Source: Desulfobulbaceae bacterium
GTDB taxonomy: Bacteria > Desulfobacterota > Desulfobulbia > Desulfobulbales > Desulfobulbaceae
Assembly (NCBI GenBank): GCA_030633145.1
Contig: DAOVTM010000001.1
Location: 1 to 25,878 of the forward strand
Length of the DNA stretch: 25,878 nucleotides
Direction: 5' to 3'
The position numbers and the translations under genes were made by a program. The stretch's first letter is position 1; each line of letters starts with the position of its first letter. The notes beneath the pieces are model-generated. The model was not told the DNA's origin. It ran no database searches and saw nothing but the letters and a program-made list of their open reading frames with translations. Of this stretch, positions 1-7,163 are shown in pieces.

Positions 1-207
1 ACCTTTAATATGGGTGTAGTAATCAACCAGGGTATGCAGCGGGGTGATCATTCCGGTGGCGGTCATGTACTGACGAGCCAGTTCCATTATCGAGCCTGTC
101 TGGCTCAATCCACCGATCAATGCTGCTGTTGCCCATAATCCCACCAGTGCGCCAAAACCAAGTACTACTTTTCCTGCTGTATTCATCTGTTTACTCTGAG
201 CGGCCAT
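1..207 (-). CDS. Small membrane protein with HmcD-like C-terminal motif, truncated by the window edge (absent from the ORF track)
   Basis: Manual translation MAAQSKQMNTAGKVVLGFGALVGLWATAALIGGLSQTGSIMELARQYMTATGMITPLHTLVDYYTHIKG...; AAGGAG RBS at 220-215; one hydrophobic helix; HTLVDYYTHIKG resembles, from recall, the HTLxxFxxxTKG motif of HmcD-like peptides. Confidence 0.75.
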   Translation of the reverse strand, partial: MAAQSKQMNTAGKVVLGFGALVGLWATAALIGGLSQTGSIMELARQYMTATGMITPLHTLVDYYTHIKG

Positions 208-289
208 GATAATTCTCCTTATATTGAATGAAATATTTGATTTTTCGGTTATTGTTCGATTAATCTATACTGCGTACTTCCTATCGTGA

Positions 290-323
290 AACAGGTTGGA
301 AAACTGATGTTTTCCAGCCTGTT
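290..323. other. Intergenic stem-loop (15-bp stem, 4-nt loop)
   Basis: AACAGGTTGGAAAAC (290-304) vs GTTTTCCAGCCTGTT (309-323), 14/15 complementary; no U-tract follows on the minus strand. Confidence 0.7.
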
Positions 324-348
324 CTGTGGTCTCACCTGCGGGTTAAAA

Positions 349-552
349 CTACACTCCCATTACCGCTCCCAGGAATCCTGCTGCCATTCCAACTGCGCCG
401 TTTGCTGCCAGGCCGCCGATCATACAAGCTGCGCCCCAGATTCCTATCAGTGCTGCCATGCCGATTCCAACATTTAAGGCAAATTTTGAGATTTCGTAGT
501 TGACTTCCGTGCTATTTGTCTGTGTTGCGGTATTTGTGTTTGCAGTTGTCAT
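349..552 (-). CDS. 67-aa Gly/Ala-rich small membrane protein
   Basis: MTTANTNTATQTNSTEVNYEISKFALNVGIGMAALIGIWGAACMIGGLAANGAVGMAAGFLGAVMGV; GGAGG RBS at 562-558; the track start at 621 overlaps the sigma54 promoter, so 552 is preferred. Confidence 0.8.
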   Translation of the reverse strand: MTTANTNTATQTNSTEVNYEISKFALNVGIGMAALIGIWGAACMIGGLAANGAVGMAAGFLGAVMGV

Positions 553-604
553 GGTGTCCTCCGTCTGTGTTTTGAAGTAATTTCGTTTTCTTTGTCTCTT
601 ACCT

Positions 605-620
605 TGCAGACCCCGTGCCA
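605..620 (-). promoter_or_regulatory. Sigma54 (-24/-12) promoter
   Basis: Minus strand TGGCACGGGGTCTGCA: GG-N10-GC spacing, matches TGGCACG-N4-TTGCW with one mismatch; about 50 nt upstream of the ATG at 552. Confidence 0.8.
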
Positions 621-730
621 CAATTTGAAGAAAATATCATTTTTGCAATGCAGTACAGGTAACATATTGTTATTTTGTGTTTTGTGATGATACATTTTTT
701 ATCTGTCTTTAATCGTTCAACAGTTCTGTT

Positions 731-808
731 ACAGCGGTGTTGCGAGCATTTCAACATAAGTGTGGTGTCAGGACAGGAAGTGTTGCAGGGAAACAGCGGT
801 TATGTTGC
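731..808. promoter_or_regulatory. Candidate upstream activator sites for a sigma54 enhancer-binding protein
   Basis: TGTTGC at 738, 781 and 803; TGTTG-N9-CAACA at 738-756; ACAGCGGT at 731 and 793; 110-190 bp upstream of the promoter across an AT-rich spacer. Confidence 0.35.
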
Positions 809-855
809 GCATTCATGTTAATGTAAAACAACAATTCAATCGATAGGAGTTTGTC

Positions 856-945
856 ATGCAAACAGTCAAAGTATCACCCAAGTATCAAGTAGTCATTCCT
901 CGTGCTGTAAGAAAAAATATCCAGGTGAACGGTTACGATTTCTGA
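856..945 (+). pseudogene. Truncated AbrB/MazE/SpoVT-family antitoxin (29 aa; below the ORF-track cutoff)
   Basis: AGGAG RBS at 845-849; MQTVKVSPKYQVVIPRAVRKNIQVNGYDF* has the typical N-terminus of this family (VSPKYQVVIPxxVR) but stops early, and no toxin follows. Confidence 0.65.
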
Positions 946-996
946 AACAAATATTTTTGCCATAAATTCAACCAGTATGAAATAAAGCGGTCTGCA

Positions 997-1030
997 TCGG
1001 GTCAGGAGATGGTGCGGTATCCTGACCCGA
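997..1030. repeat. GC-rich inverted repeat downstream of aspS (REP-like or terminator)
   Basis: TCGGGTCAGGA (997-1007) and TCCTGACCCGA (1020-1030), perfect 11 bp, 12-nt loop. Confidence 0.65.
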
Positions 1031-1040
1031 CCTGCTGCGG

Positions 1041-2855
1041 TTAGTTGTCTGTTTCCTTTTTCCTGTCTCCTGTGTCCTCTTTCCAGTCAGGCCGAAGATG
1101 CAGCTCGGTAAGCTGTTTACGAGCCACAGAAGCCGGTGCATCGGTAAGCGGGCAGGTAGCCTTTTGGGTTTTAGGGAAGGCGATCACGTCCCTGATGGAG
1201 TCTGAACCGGTGAGAACCATCAGCAGTCGATCCACGCCAAAGGCGATGCCGCCATGGGGCGGGGCTCCGAATTTAAGGGCGTTGAGGAGGAATCCGAATT
1301 TGTCCTCTGCCTCTTCAGCATCGATGCCCAGTACCTTGAGTACCTTTTCCTGCACCTCCGGGGTATGGATACGGATGGAGCCGCCCCCCAGTTCGTTGCC
1401 ATTAAGCACCAGATCGTAAGCCCGGCTGTTGACCTTGGCCGGATCCACATCCAGCATTTCCAGTTGCTCTTCCTGGGGAGCGGTAAAGGGGTGATGCACC
1501 GATGAATGACGTTTTCTTTCCGTGTCATATTCTACCAGAGGAAAATCAGTGATCCAGAGAAAGTTAAAGGTATCTTTATCCATGAGATCAAGCCTGCGAG
1601 CCAGTTCCAGGCGCAGTTCCGACAGCACCTGATTGACAATGGCCTTGGAATCTGCGCCAAAGAGAATCAGGTCGCCGGGCTGGGCATTCAGAGCCTTACC
1701 CATGGCTGCCAGCTCATCTTCACTGAAAAACTTGGTGATGGGCGACTGCCACTTGTCTTCCTTGATCTTGATCCAGGCCATGCCCTTTGCTCCGTAGGAG
1801 GTGGCAAAGTCGGTGAGGTTGTCCAGATCCTTGCGGGAAAAGGAGGCGCATCCTTTGGCGTTAATTGCCTTGACTGAACCGCCCTTTTCAATGATTGAGT
1901 TAAAGACTTTGAAGCTGCATCCACGCAGGGTTTCGGTCAGTTCGGTCAGCTCAAAGCCGAAACGGGTGTCAGGGCGGTCAGTGCCAAAGCGGTCCATGGA
2001 CTCGGCATAGGTCATCCGTTTAAAGGGGGGGGTCAAGTCAATATCCCGGGCTTCCTTAAAGACCTCCTTGACCATGCCCTCGCTGATTTCGATGATATTC
2101 TCTTCATTGATAAAGCTCATCTCCATATCAATCTGGGTGAACTCCGGCTGCCGATCCGCACGCAGGTCTTCGTCACGAAAACACTTGACGATCTGGAAAT
2201 AACGATCCATACCCGAGACCATCAGCATCTGTTTAAAGAGCTGCGGTGACTGGGGCAGGGCATAGAACTTACCCGCATTGACCCTGCTGGGTACCAGGTA
2301 ATCCCGAGCCCCTTCCGGGGTTGAGCGGGTGAGCATCGGGGTCTCGATCTCCAAAAAATCATTGGAGCTGAGAAAGTTGCGTACCGCCTGCACCGCCTTA
2401 TGGCGCATGATCAGGTTTGCGGCGATTTCCGGGCGACGCAGATCCATATAGCGGTACTGGAGGCGGAGGTTTTCTGAGACCTCGCTGACCTCGTCCAGGG
2501 GAAAGGGCGGGGTCTTGCTGGTGTTGAGAATAGCCAGTTCATCGACCAGCACCTCAATTTTACCGGTGACCAGCTTGGGGTTGGCCATATTGCCGGGGCG
2601 GCGTTCCACCCTTCCCTTGACGGCCAGCACCCATTCCGAGCGCACCTGATGCGCCTTGGTATGAACCTCGGGATTGATCTCCGGGTTAAAGACCACCTGG
2701 GTGATGCCCCAGCGGTCGCGCAGGTCAATGAAGATAACCCCGCCGTGGTCGCGGCGGCGAAGAACCCAGCCCATGAGGGTGACCTCCTGATCCAGGTTGT
2801 CAGTGCCAAGTATATTGCAGTTATGTGTGCGCCTCAGCGCTCCCATTGTGTCCAT
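1041..2855 (-). CDS. aspS: Aspartate--tRNA ligase
   Basis: RTHxC start, RRRDHGGVIFIDLRD OB-fold, PQLFKQMLMVSGMDRYFQI, FRDEDLRADRQPEFTQID, GAPPHGGIAFGVDRL, VIAFPKT. Confidence 0.98.
   Translation of the reverse strand: MDTMGALRRTHNCNILGTDNLDQEVTLMGWVLRRRDHGGVIFIDLRDRWGITQVVFNPEINPEVHTKAHQVRSEWVLAVKGRVERRPGNMANPKLVTGKIEVLVDELAILNTSKTPPFPLDEVSEVSENLRLQYRYMDLRRPEIAANLIMRHKAVQAVRNFLSSNDFLEIETPMLTRSTPEGARDYLVPSRVNAGKFYALPQSPQLFKQMLMVSGMDRYFQIVKCFRDEDLRADRQPEFTQIDMEMSFINEENIIEISEGMVKEVFKEARDIDLTPPFKRMTYAESMDRFGTDRPDTRFGFELTELTETLRGCSFKVFNSIIEKGGSVKAINAKGCASFSRKDLDNLTDFATSYGAKGMAWIKIKEDKWQSPITKFFSEDELAAMGKALNAQPGDLILFGADSKAIVNQVLSELRLELARRLDLMDKDTFNFLWITDFPLVEYDTERKRHSSVHHPFTAPQEEQLEMLDVDPAKVNSRAYDLVLNGNELGGGSIRIHTPEVQEKVLKVLGIDAEEAEDKFGFLLNALKFGAPPHGGIAFGVDRLLMVLTGSDSIRDVIAFPKTQKATCPLTDAPASVARKQLTELHLRPDWKEDTGDRKKETDN
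1050..1084 (-). repeat. Five degenerate 7-mers encoding the AspS tail
   Basis: Minus strand GGAAAGA GGACACA GGAGACA GGAAAAA GGAAACA, 6 nt before the stop. Confidence 0.6.
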
Positions 2856-2861
2856 TGTATT

Positions 2862-2974
2862 AGTTGTGAGTTATGAGTTATTAGTTATGAGGTTTGAGAT
2901 TTGAGGTTTGAGGTATGAGGAAAGAGGGTTCGCACGGCTTTTTCTCAATACTCATAACTCACAACTCAATACTC
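2862..2974. repeat. Inverted pair of 7-mer arrays between hisS and aspS
   Basis: TGAGTTA/TGAGGTT/TGAGATT-type units on the left and CTCAATA/CTCATAA/CTCACAA on the right; perfect 17-bp IR AGTTGTGAGTTATGAGT (2862-2878) / ACTCATAACTCACAACT (2950-2966). Confidence 0.8.
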
Positions 2975-3032
2975 GAAACCGCTGTGTTGTTCTTGAAAAA
3001 TGTCCAATAATCAACATAGAATTAAAGTATGT

Positions 3033-4301
3033 TTACGATGTCCGTATCAGTTGTCTCAGTTGTTCTGCCTGATGTTCTGTTGATTCCAGTAAGGGAAAAG
3101 GGGTCTGCTCCTTAGTGTCCATATTACGGAGGATACCCTTTTGCTGCTCAAGCTCCTGCTCCCCTATAATCAGGGTAAAGCGAGCATTTGTCCGGCCAGC
3201 CTGTTTCATCTGCGCCTTGAGGCTGCGATCTTTATAATCAATGTCCGCCCGTAGGCCGAGTTTACGCAGCTGGTATATCAGAGAGCTGCCGTGTTTGATT
3301 GCGGCTTCTCCCAGGGCAGCGACAAAGATGTTCGCACGCACAGGTACGGTTTCCTTTTGCTGCTGTTCCATGAGCAGGGTCAGCCGTTCCATACCCATGG
3401 CAAAGCCGATACCAGGTGTATTCTTTGGGCCGCCAAGCTGTTCAATCAAACCGTCATAGCGACCGCCTGCCGCCACTGCCGCCTGTGCTCCCAGGTCACT
3501 GGTCAGGAATTCAAAGGTCGTTCGGCAGTAGTAATCCAGTCCGCGCACCATGAAGCGGTTTAAGGTATAGACCACACCAAGGTTGTCCAGATGCTCCTGT
3601 ACCGTACTGAAATGACGGTCGCAATCATCACAGAGGCTGTCCAGGATGGATGGAGCGTCTTGAACCAGTGCCTTACAGGTTCGACTTTTGCAGTCCAGTA
3701 CCCGCAAAGGGTTGGAGTTGAGTCTTCGTTTACAGTCATCGCACAACTGTTCTTTGTAATCGTTCAGGTACTGAATCAGGGATTTGCGAAAACCGGGCCT
3801 GCAACGGGTGCAGCCCAGAGAGTTGATCTCCAGGCTGACCTCAAGGTTGAGCCGGGTAAGAAAAAGCTGGCCTATGGCCATCAGCTCGGCATCAATGGCT
3901 GGTTCTTCTCCTCCGATAATCTCAATGTCAATCTGGTGAAACTGCCGCTGCCGTCCCTTTTGTGGTCGTTCATGGCGGAACATTGGGCCGATGGTAAAGA
4001 GCCGCTGTACCGGCTGTCGGACATGGAATCCGTGCTGGATATAGGCTCGCAGCAGGGAGGCCGTGGCCTCGGGCCGCAAGGTAATCCCTTTATCTGTAAA
4101 GGAGTACATCTCCTTTTCAACTATATCAGTGGTGCCTCCGATAGAGCGGGCAAAGAGTTCAGTCTTTTCCAGGATGGGCAGTCGAATCTCCTCCACCCCG
4201 AAACAGCGAAAGATTTCACGGGCTGTTGTTTCGAGCTGTCGCCAGAGGGCAACCTCTTCGGGCAGGATATCTTTAAAACCGTTTATGGCTTTGATTTTCA
4301 A
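3033..4301 (-). CDS. hisS: Histidine--tRNA ligase (TTG start)
   Basis: DIVEKEMYSF, LRPEATAS, FRHERPQKGRQRQFHQ, VRGLDYY, GGRYDGL, GIGFAMGMERL. Confidence 0.98.
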   Translation of the reverse strand: MKIKAINGFKDILPEEVALWRQLETTAREIFRCFGVEEIRLPILEKTELFARSIGGTTDIVEKEMYSFTDKGITLRPEATASLLRAYIQHGFHVRQPVQRLFTIGPMFRHERPQKGRQRQFHQIDIEIIGGEEPAIDAELMAIGQLFLTRLNLEVSLEINSLGCTRCRPGFRKSLIQYLNDYKEQLCDDCKRRLNSNPLRVLDCKSRTCKALVQDAPSILDSLCDDCDRHFSTVQEHLDNLGVVYTLNRFMVRGLDYYCRTTFEFLTSDLGAQAAVAAGGRYDGLIEQLGGPKNTPGIGFAMGMERLTLLMEQQQKETVPVRANIFVAALGEAAIKHGSSLIYQLRKLGLRADIDYKDRSLKAQMKQAGRTNARFTLIIGEQELEQQKGILRNMDTKEQTPFPLLESTEHQAEQLRQLIRTS

Positions 4302-4340
4302 AATTTTTTCTATTCCTGATGATTATTTTGATATATTTTT

Positions 4341-4390
4341 TCGCCTCAAGCCAGCGTTTATACTATAAAGGAGTAGCTGGCTTGAGGCGA
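4341..4390. repeat. Perfect 15-bp inverted repeat in the divergent hisS/flavoprotein intergenic region
   Basis: TCGCCTCAAGCCAGC (4341-4355) / GCTGGCTTGAGGCGA (4376-4390), 20-nt loop containing TATACTATA. Confidence 0.8.
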
Positions 4391-4506
4391 GATAACAGAC
4401 ACAGAATTGCTGATTTTAATCTATTTTACCGGGAAAAGTCAAGCCGATGTCGTTCGTTTGTGGTAATATCTTATATTAGTTGTACTATAAATTGCCACTT
4501 CGCCAC

Positions 4507-4535
4507 TTGACAAAGAAGCGGTAGCGTAGCATTAT
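4507..4535 (+). promoter_or_regulatory. Sigma70-type promoter
   Basis: TTGACA (4507-4512), 17 nt, CATTAT (4530-4535). Confidence 0.5.
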
Positions 4536-4551
4536 CAGTTATTATCGAGTT

Positions 4552-4661
4552 TTATTGAACAAAAATTATTGAACAAAAATTATTGAACAAAAATTGTTGA
4601 ACAAAAAATTGTTGAGCAAAAAATTGTTGAGCAAAAATAATTGAGCAAAAATATGAGCAAA
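4552..4661. repeat. Tandem array of about 8 x 14-15 bp, TT(A/G)TTGA(A/G)CAAAAA
   Basis: Units start at 4552, 4566, 4580, 4594, 4609, 4624, 4638, 4652; sequence drifts progressively along the array; no spacers. Confidence 0.9.
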
Positions 4662-4680
4662 CGAAAATCCAGGAGAATAA

Positions 4681-5727
4681 ATGAAACTCCATGAACTCAA
4701 AATAGGCACCTTTGTTGCCCCTGTTCCCCTTATTCAAGGGGGGATGTCCATCCGTGTATCAACCGCAGATCTTGCAATTCCCGTGGCCGAGTGCGGTGGT
4801 ATCGGCACAATCGGCGGTTCCGGTCTGCCGGTCAAGGAACTGCAGGCGGATATCCGCAAGGCCAAGGAGGCCACTGACGGGATTATTGCAGTCAACATCA
4901 TGTTTGCGATGAAGGGTTTTCATGAACTGTTGATTGGTTCTATCGAAGCCGGGGTGGATATGATTATCACCGGGGCGGGATTTTCCAGGGATGTCTTCAA
5001 GATCGGCAAAGAGCATAATGTTCCCATTGTCTCCATTGTTTCGTCCGTCAACTTTGCCCGTCTCGCAGAAAGGCTTGGTGCTGCTGCCATCGTAGTTGAG
5101 GCGGCTGAGGCAGGCGGACATCTGGGTACGGATGTACTGCTGAGGGATCTCTTTCCTGACATTCGCAAGGCAATCACCAAGGTTCCGCTCATCGCTGCAG
5201 GCGGTATAACAACCGGTGCTGAGATGGCGGAGATTATGATGGGCGAGTATGGGGCTGATGGAGTCCAGATTGCCTCCCGTTTTGTCCTCAGTGATGAGTG
5301 TTCGGTCTCCCAGGAGTTTAAAGAGACCTACCTCAAGGCACAACAAAAGGATATTATCAATGTTGAGTCACCGGTTGGCATGACCGGACGAGCCATCAGG
5401 ACAAAGTTTGTTGAGCGGATGGAACGGGGTGAAGACGTTTCCACGGAAAAATGCAAGTTCAAATGTCTGAAAAAATGCAGCTATAAATACTGTATTAACG
5501 ACCGCTTGATGGCATCCTGTACCGGTGACGTGGATAACGGTCTGGTGTTCTGCGGTGCCAATGCCTGGAAGATGGATTCTATCCTGCCGGTGAAGGAGAT
5601 TTTTCGTCAGTTTGTGGAGGATGCTGAGGCGGCGTATCAGAAGCCAGAAGCCAGAAATCAGAAGACAGAAGACAGACATCAGAAGCTGGGTAAGCGGAGT
5701 GAAACGAAGACTCCGGAGGACAGATGA
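4681..5727 (+). CDS. Nitronate monooxygenase / FabK-FabX-like FMN enzyme with a C-terminal Cys cluster
   Basis: PLIQGGM, EAGGHLG, PLIAAGGI, GADGVQIASRF, SPVGMTGRAI, CKFKCLKKCSYKYC, GLVFCGANA; AGGAG RBS. Confidence 0.85.
   Translation: MKLHELKIGTFVAPVPLIQGGMSIRVSTADLAIPVAECGGIGTIGGSGLPVKELQADIRKAKEATDGIIAVNIMFAMKGFHELLIGSIEAGVDMIITGAGFSRDVFKIGKEHNVPIVSIVSSVNFARLAERLGAAAIVVEAAEAGGHLGTDVLLRDLFPDIRKAITKVPLIAAGGITTGAEMAEIMMGEYGADGVQIASRFVLSDECSVSQEFKETYLKAQQKDIINVESPVGMTGRAIRTKFVERMERGEDVSTEKCKFKCLKKCSYKYCINDRLMASCTGDVDNGLVFCGANAWKMDSILPVKEIFRQFVEDAEAAYQKPEARNQKTEDRHQKLGKRSETKTPEDR
5638..5686 (+). repeat. Seven CAGAAGN-type 7-mers inside the 3' end of the flavoprotein gene
   Basis: CAGAAGC CAGAAGC CAGAAAT CAGAAGA CAGAAGA CAGACAT CAGAAGC. 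Confidence 0.85.
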
Positions 5728-7163
5728 CTGAGGATAGAAATTTAGCAGAGCATGACGTGCAGGAGCAAGGCACCGTTATCCCGGAAGGGGAGCATCCTAT
5801 TCGGGAGCAGGATCTTGACCGGGAAGCACTCAAGGTGCTGTACCGGTTGCGGGATGGTGGATATTCAGGCTACCTGGTGGGCGGTGGAGTACGTGATCTG
5901 TACCTTGGCAATCAACCCAAGGACTTTGACATCTCTACCAATGCCCGTCCCGGGCAACTGCGTAAACTCTTTCGCAATTCCCGCACCATTGGCCGTCGTT
6001 TTCGCTTGGTGCAGGTCTTTTTTCATGGCAACAAGATTGTAGAGGTTTCAACCCTGCGCTCCCGTAGTGAGTTTGAGGAGTCGGATAAGGTACTGCCCGC
6101 CAATAACACTTTCGGCACCCTGGAAGAAGATGCCTTTCGCCGTGATCTGACTATAAATTCTCTCTTTTATGAGATTGAAAACAAGACCGTTATTGACTAT
6201 GTGGGCGGGGTTGAGGATCTCCGTAGCGGGGTCATCCGCATTGTAGGGGATCCTGACCAGCGCATAACCCGTGATCCAGTTCGTATGCTGCGCGCCATCC
6301 GTCATGCGGCCCGTAATGATTTCAGGATTGAGTCCGCAAGCCGGGATGCCATTACCAGGCATGTGGATAAACTGGATCTCTGCCCCCCCTCCCGCATCAG
6401 GGATGAACTACTCAAGGATCTGCACGGCGGCAATGGTCGGGCCTGGTTCAAGATTGCCCTTGATACCGGTGTCTTCGCAGTTCTGTTTCCCTTTTACGCC
6501 CCCCTCCTCTCCGGTAGAGAGGGTACCCGGGTGGCAGATGAGTTGAGTTCGCTGCTGGCAGTGATAGACCGACTCTATGGTGAGCCGGTTCAGAAGGGCA
6601 GGGTGAAGATCGACGATTCCCTGCTCTTTGCCCTGCTCCTGCTGCCCTGGGCTCTGAGACGATTTGAGCTGATGGGCAGGGAGCTGAAAGGACCCGGCTA
6701 TCATCGCCTTTCAAAAGAGATCCGGGGAGAGTTGAACAAGACCTTTGCCCATCGCCTGAATCTGAAACGGATGATCAAGGATCAGATTACCACCCTGTTT
6801 GTCAATCTGCCCGCATTTGAAAAGTTTCAAAGCAAACAGGTGCCTGTCTGGCTGCGTCGCAAGAGTTATTTTCACAGTTGTTCCTGTTTCATGGGGATGC
6901 ATCAGGAGTCCATGGGGGGAGAACCGGTGGATGTCTCGCTCTTTGTTGATGCCAAAGCCGCTGCTCGTCCTGCCCTGACACCGGTTAACCCTGCCAAAGT
7001 GAACAGTGCCAACGGGAACAGTGCCAACGGGAACAGTGCCAACGGGAACAGTGCCGGGTCGGTAAAACGCAGCAGCAGAAAGGGAGTCAATCCTGCCTTC
7101 AGTTCTGACAGTAAAGGGGTCTTTGGATTGGGTCGAAGCAGCAATGCGATTTTTACTCTATAA
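5724..7163 (+). CDS. pcnB: Poly(A) polymerase I
   Basis: GYLVGGGVRD, PKDFDIST, IGRRFRLVQV (signature separating PAP I from CCA-adding enzyme), DAFRRDLTINSL, DPVRMLRAIRHA; ATGA overlap with the upstream stop. Confidence 0.88.
   Translation: MTEDRNLAEHDVQEQGTVIPEGEHPIREQDLDREALKVLYRLRDGGYSGYLVGGGVRDLYLGNQPKDFDISTNARPGQLRKLFRNSRTIGRRFRLVQVFFHGNKIVEVSTLRSRSEFEESDKVLPANNTFGTLEEDAFRRDLTINSLFYEIENKTVIDYVGGVEDLRSGVIRIVGDPDQRITRDPVRMLRAIRHAARNDFRIESASRDAITRHVDKLDLCPPSRIRDELLKDLHGGNGRAWFKIALDTGVFAVLFPFYAPLLSGREGTRVADELSSLLAVIDRLYGEPVQKGRVKIDDSLLFALLLLPWALRRFELMGRELKGPGYHRLSKEIRGELNKTFAHRLNLKRMIKDQITTLFVNLPAFEKFQSKQVPVWLRRKSYFHSCSCFMGMHQESMGGEPVDVSLFVDAKAAARPALTPVNPAKVNSANGNSANGNSANGNSAGSVKRSSRKGVNPAFSSDSKGVFGLGRSSNAIFTL
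7001..7055 (+). repeat. 15-bp coding tandem repeat (NSANG x3.7)
   Basis: GAACAGTGCCAACGG at 7001, 7016, 7031 plus a partial copy at 7046. Confidence 0.9.

Noticed and set aside
286-477. Cys-rich 63-aa plus-strand ORF
   Set aside because: Antisense shadow of the Ala/Gly-rich membrane peptide; no RBS
553-621. N-terminal extension of the 90-aa ORF
   Set aside because: Overlaps the sigma54 promoter; a strong RBS supports the ATG at 552
3591-4319. Long antisense ORFs opposite hisS (and likewise 22053-22859 opposite hemE, plus many 60-200 aa track ORFs)
   Set aside because: They lie fully opposite or within well-supported genes and have no RBS or family motifs
4302-4500. T-box or attenuator leader for hisS
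   Set aside because: No T-box consensus and no His-rich leader peptide found
4552-4661. Possible CRISPR array
   Set aside because: Units are 14-15 bp and contiguous, with no unique spacers and no cas genes
4552-4737. 61-aa minus ORF with FFAQQ repeats
   Set aside because: Simply a translation of the 14-bp array; it overlaps the flavoprotein start
5724-7163. CCA-adding enzyme instead of poly(A) polymerase
   Set aside because: Contains the GRRF beta-turn signature typical of PAP I
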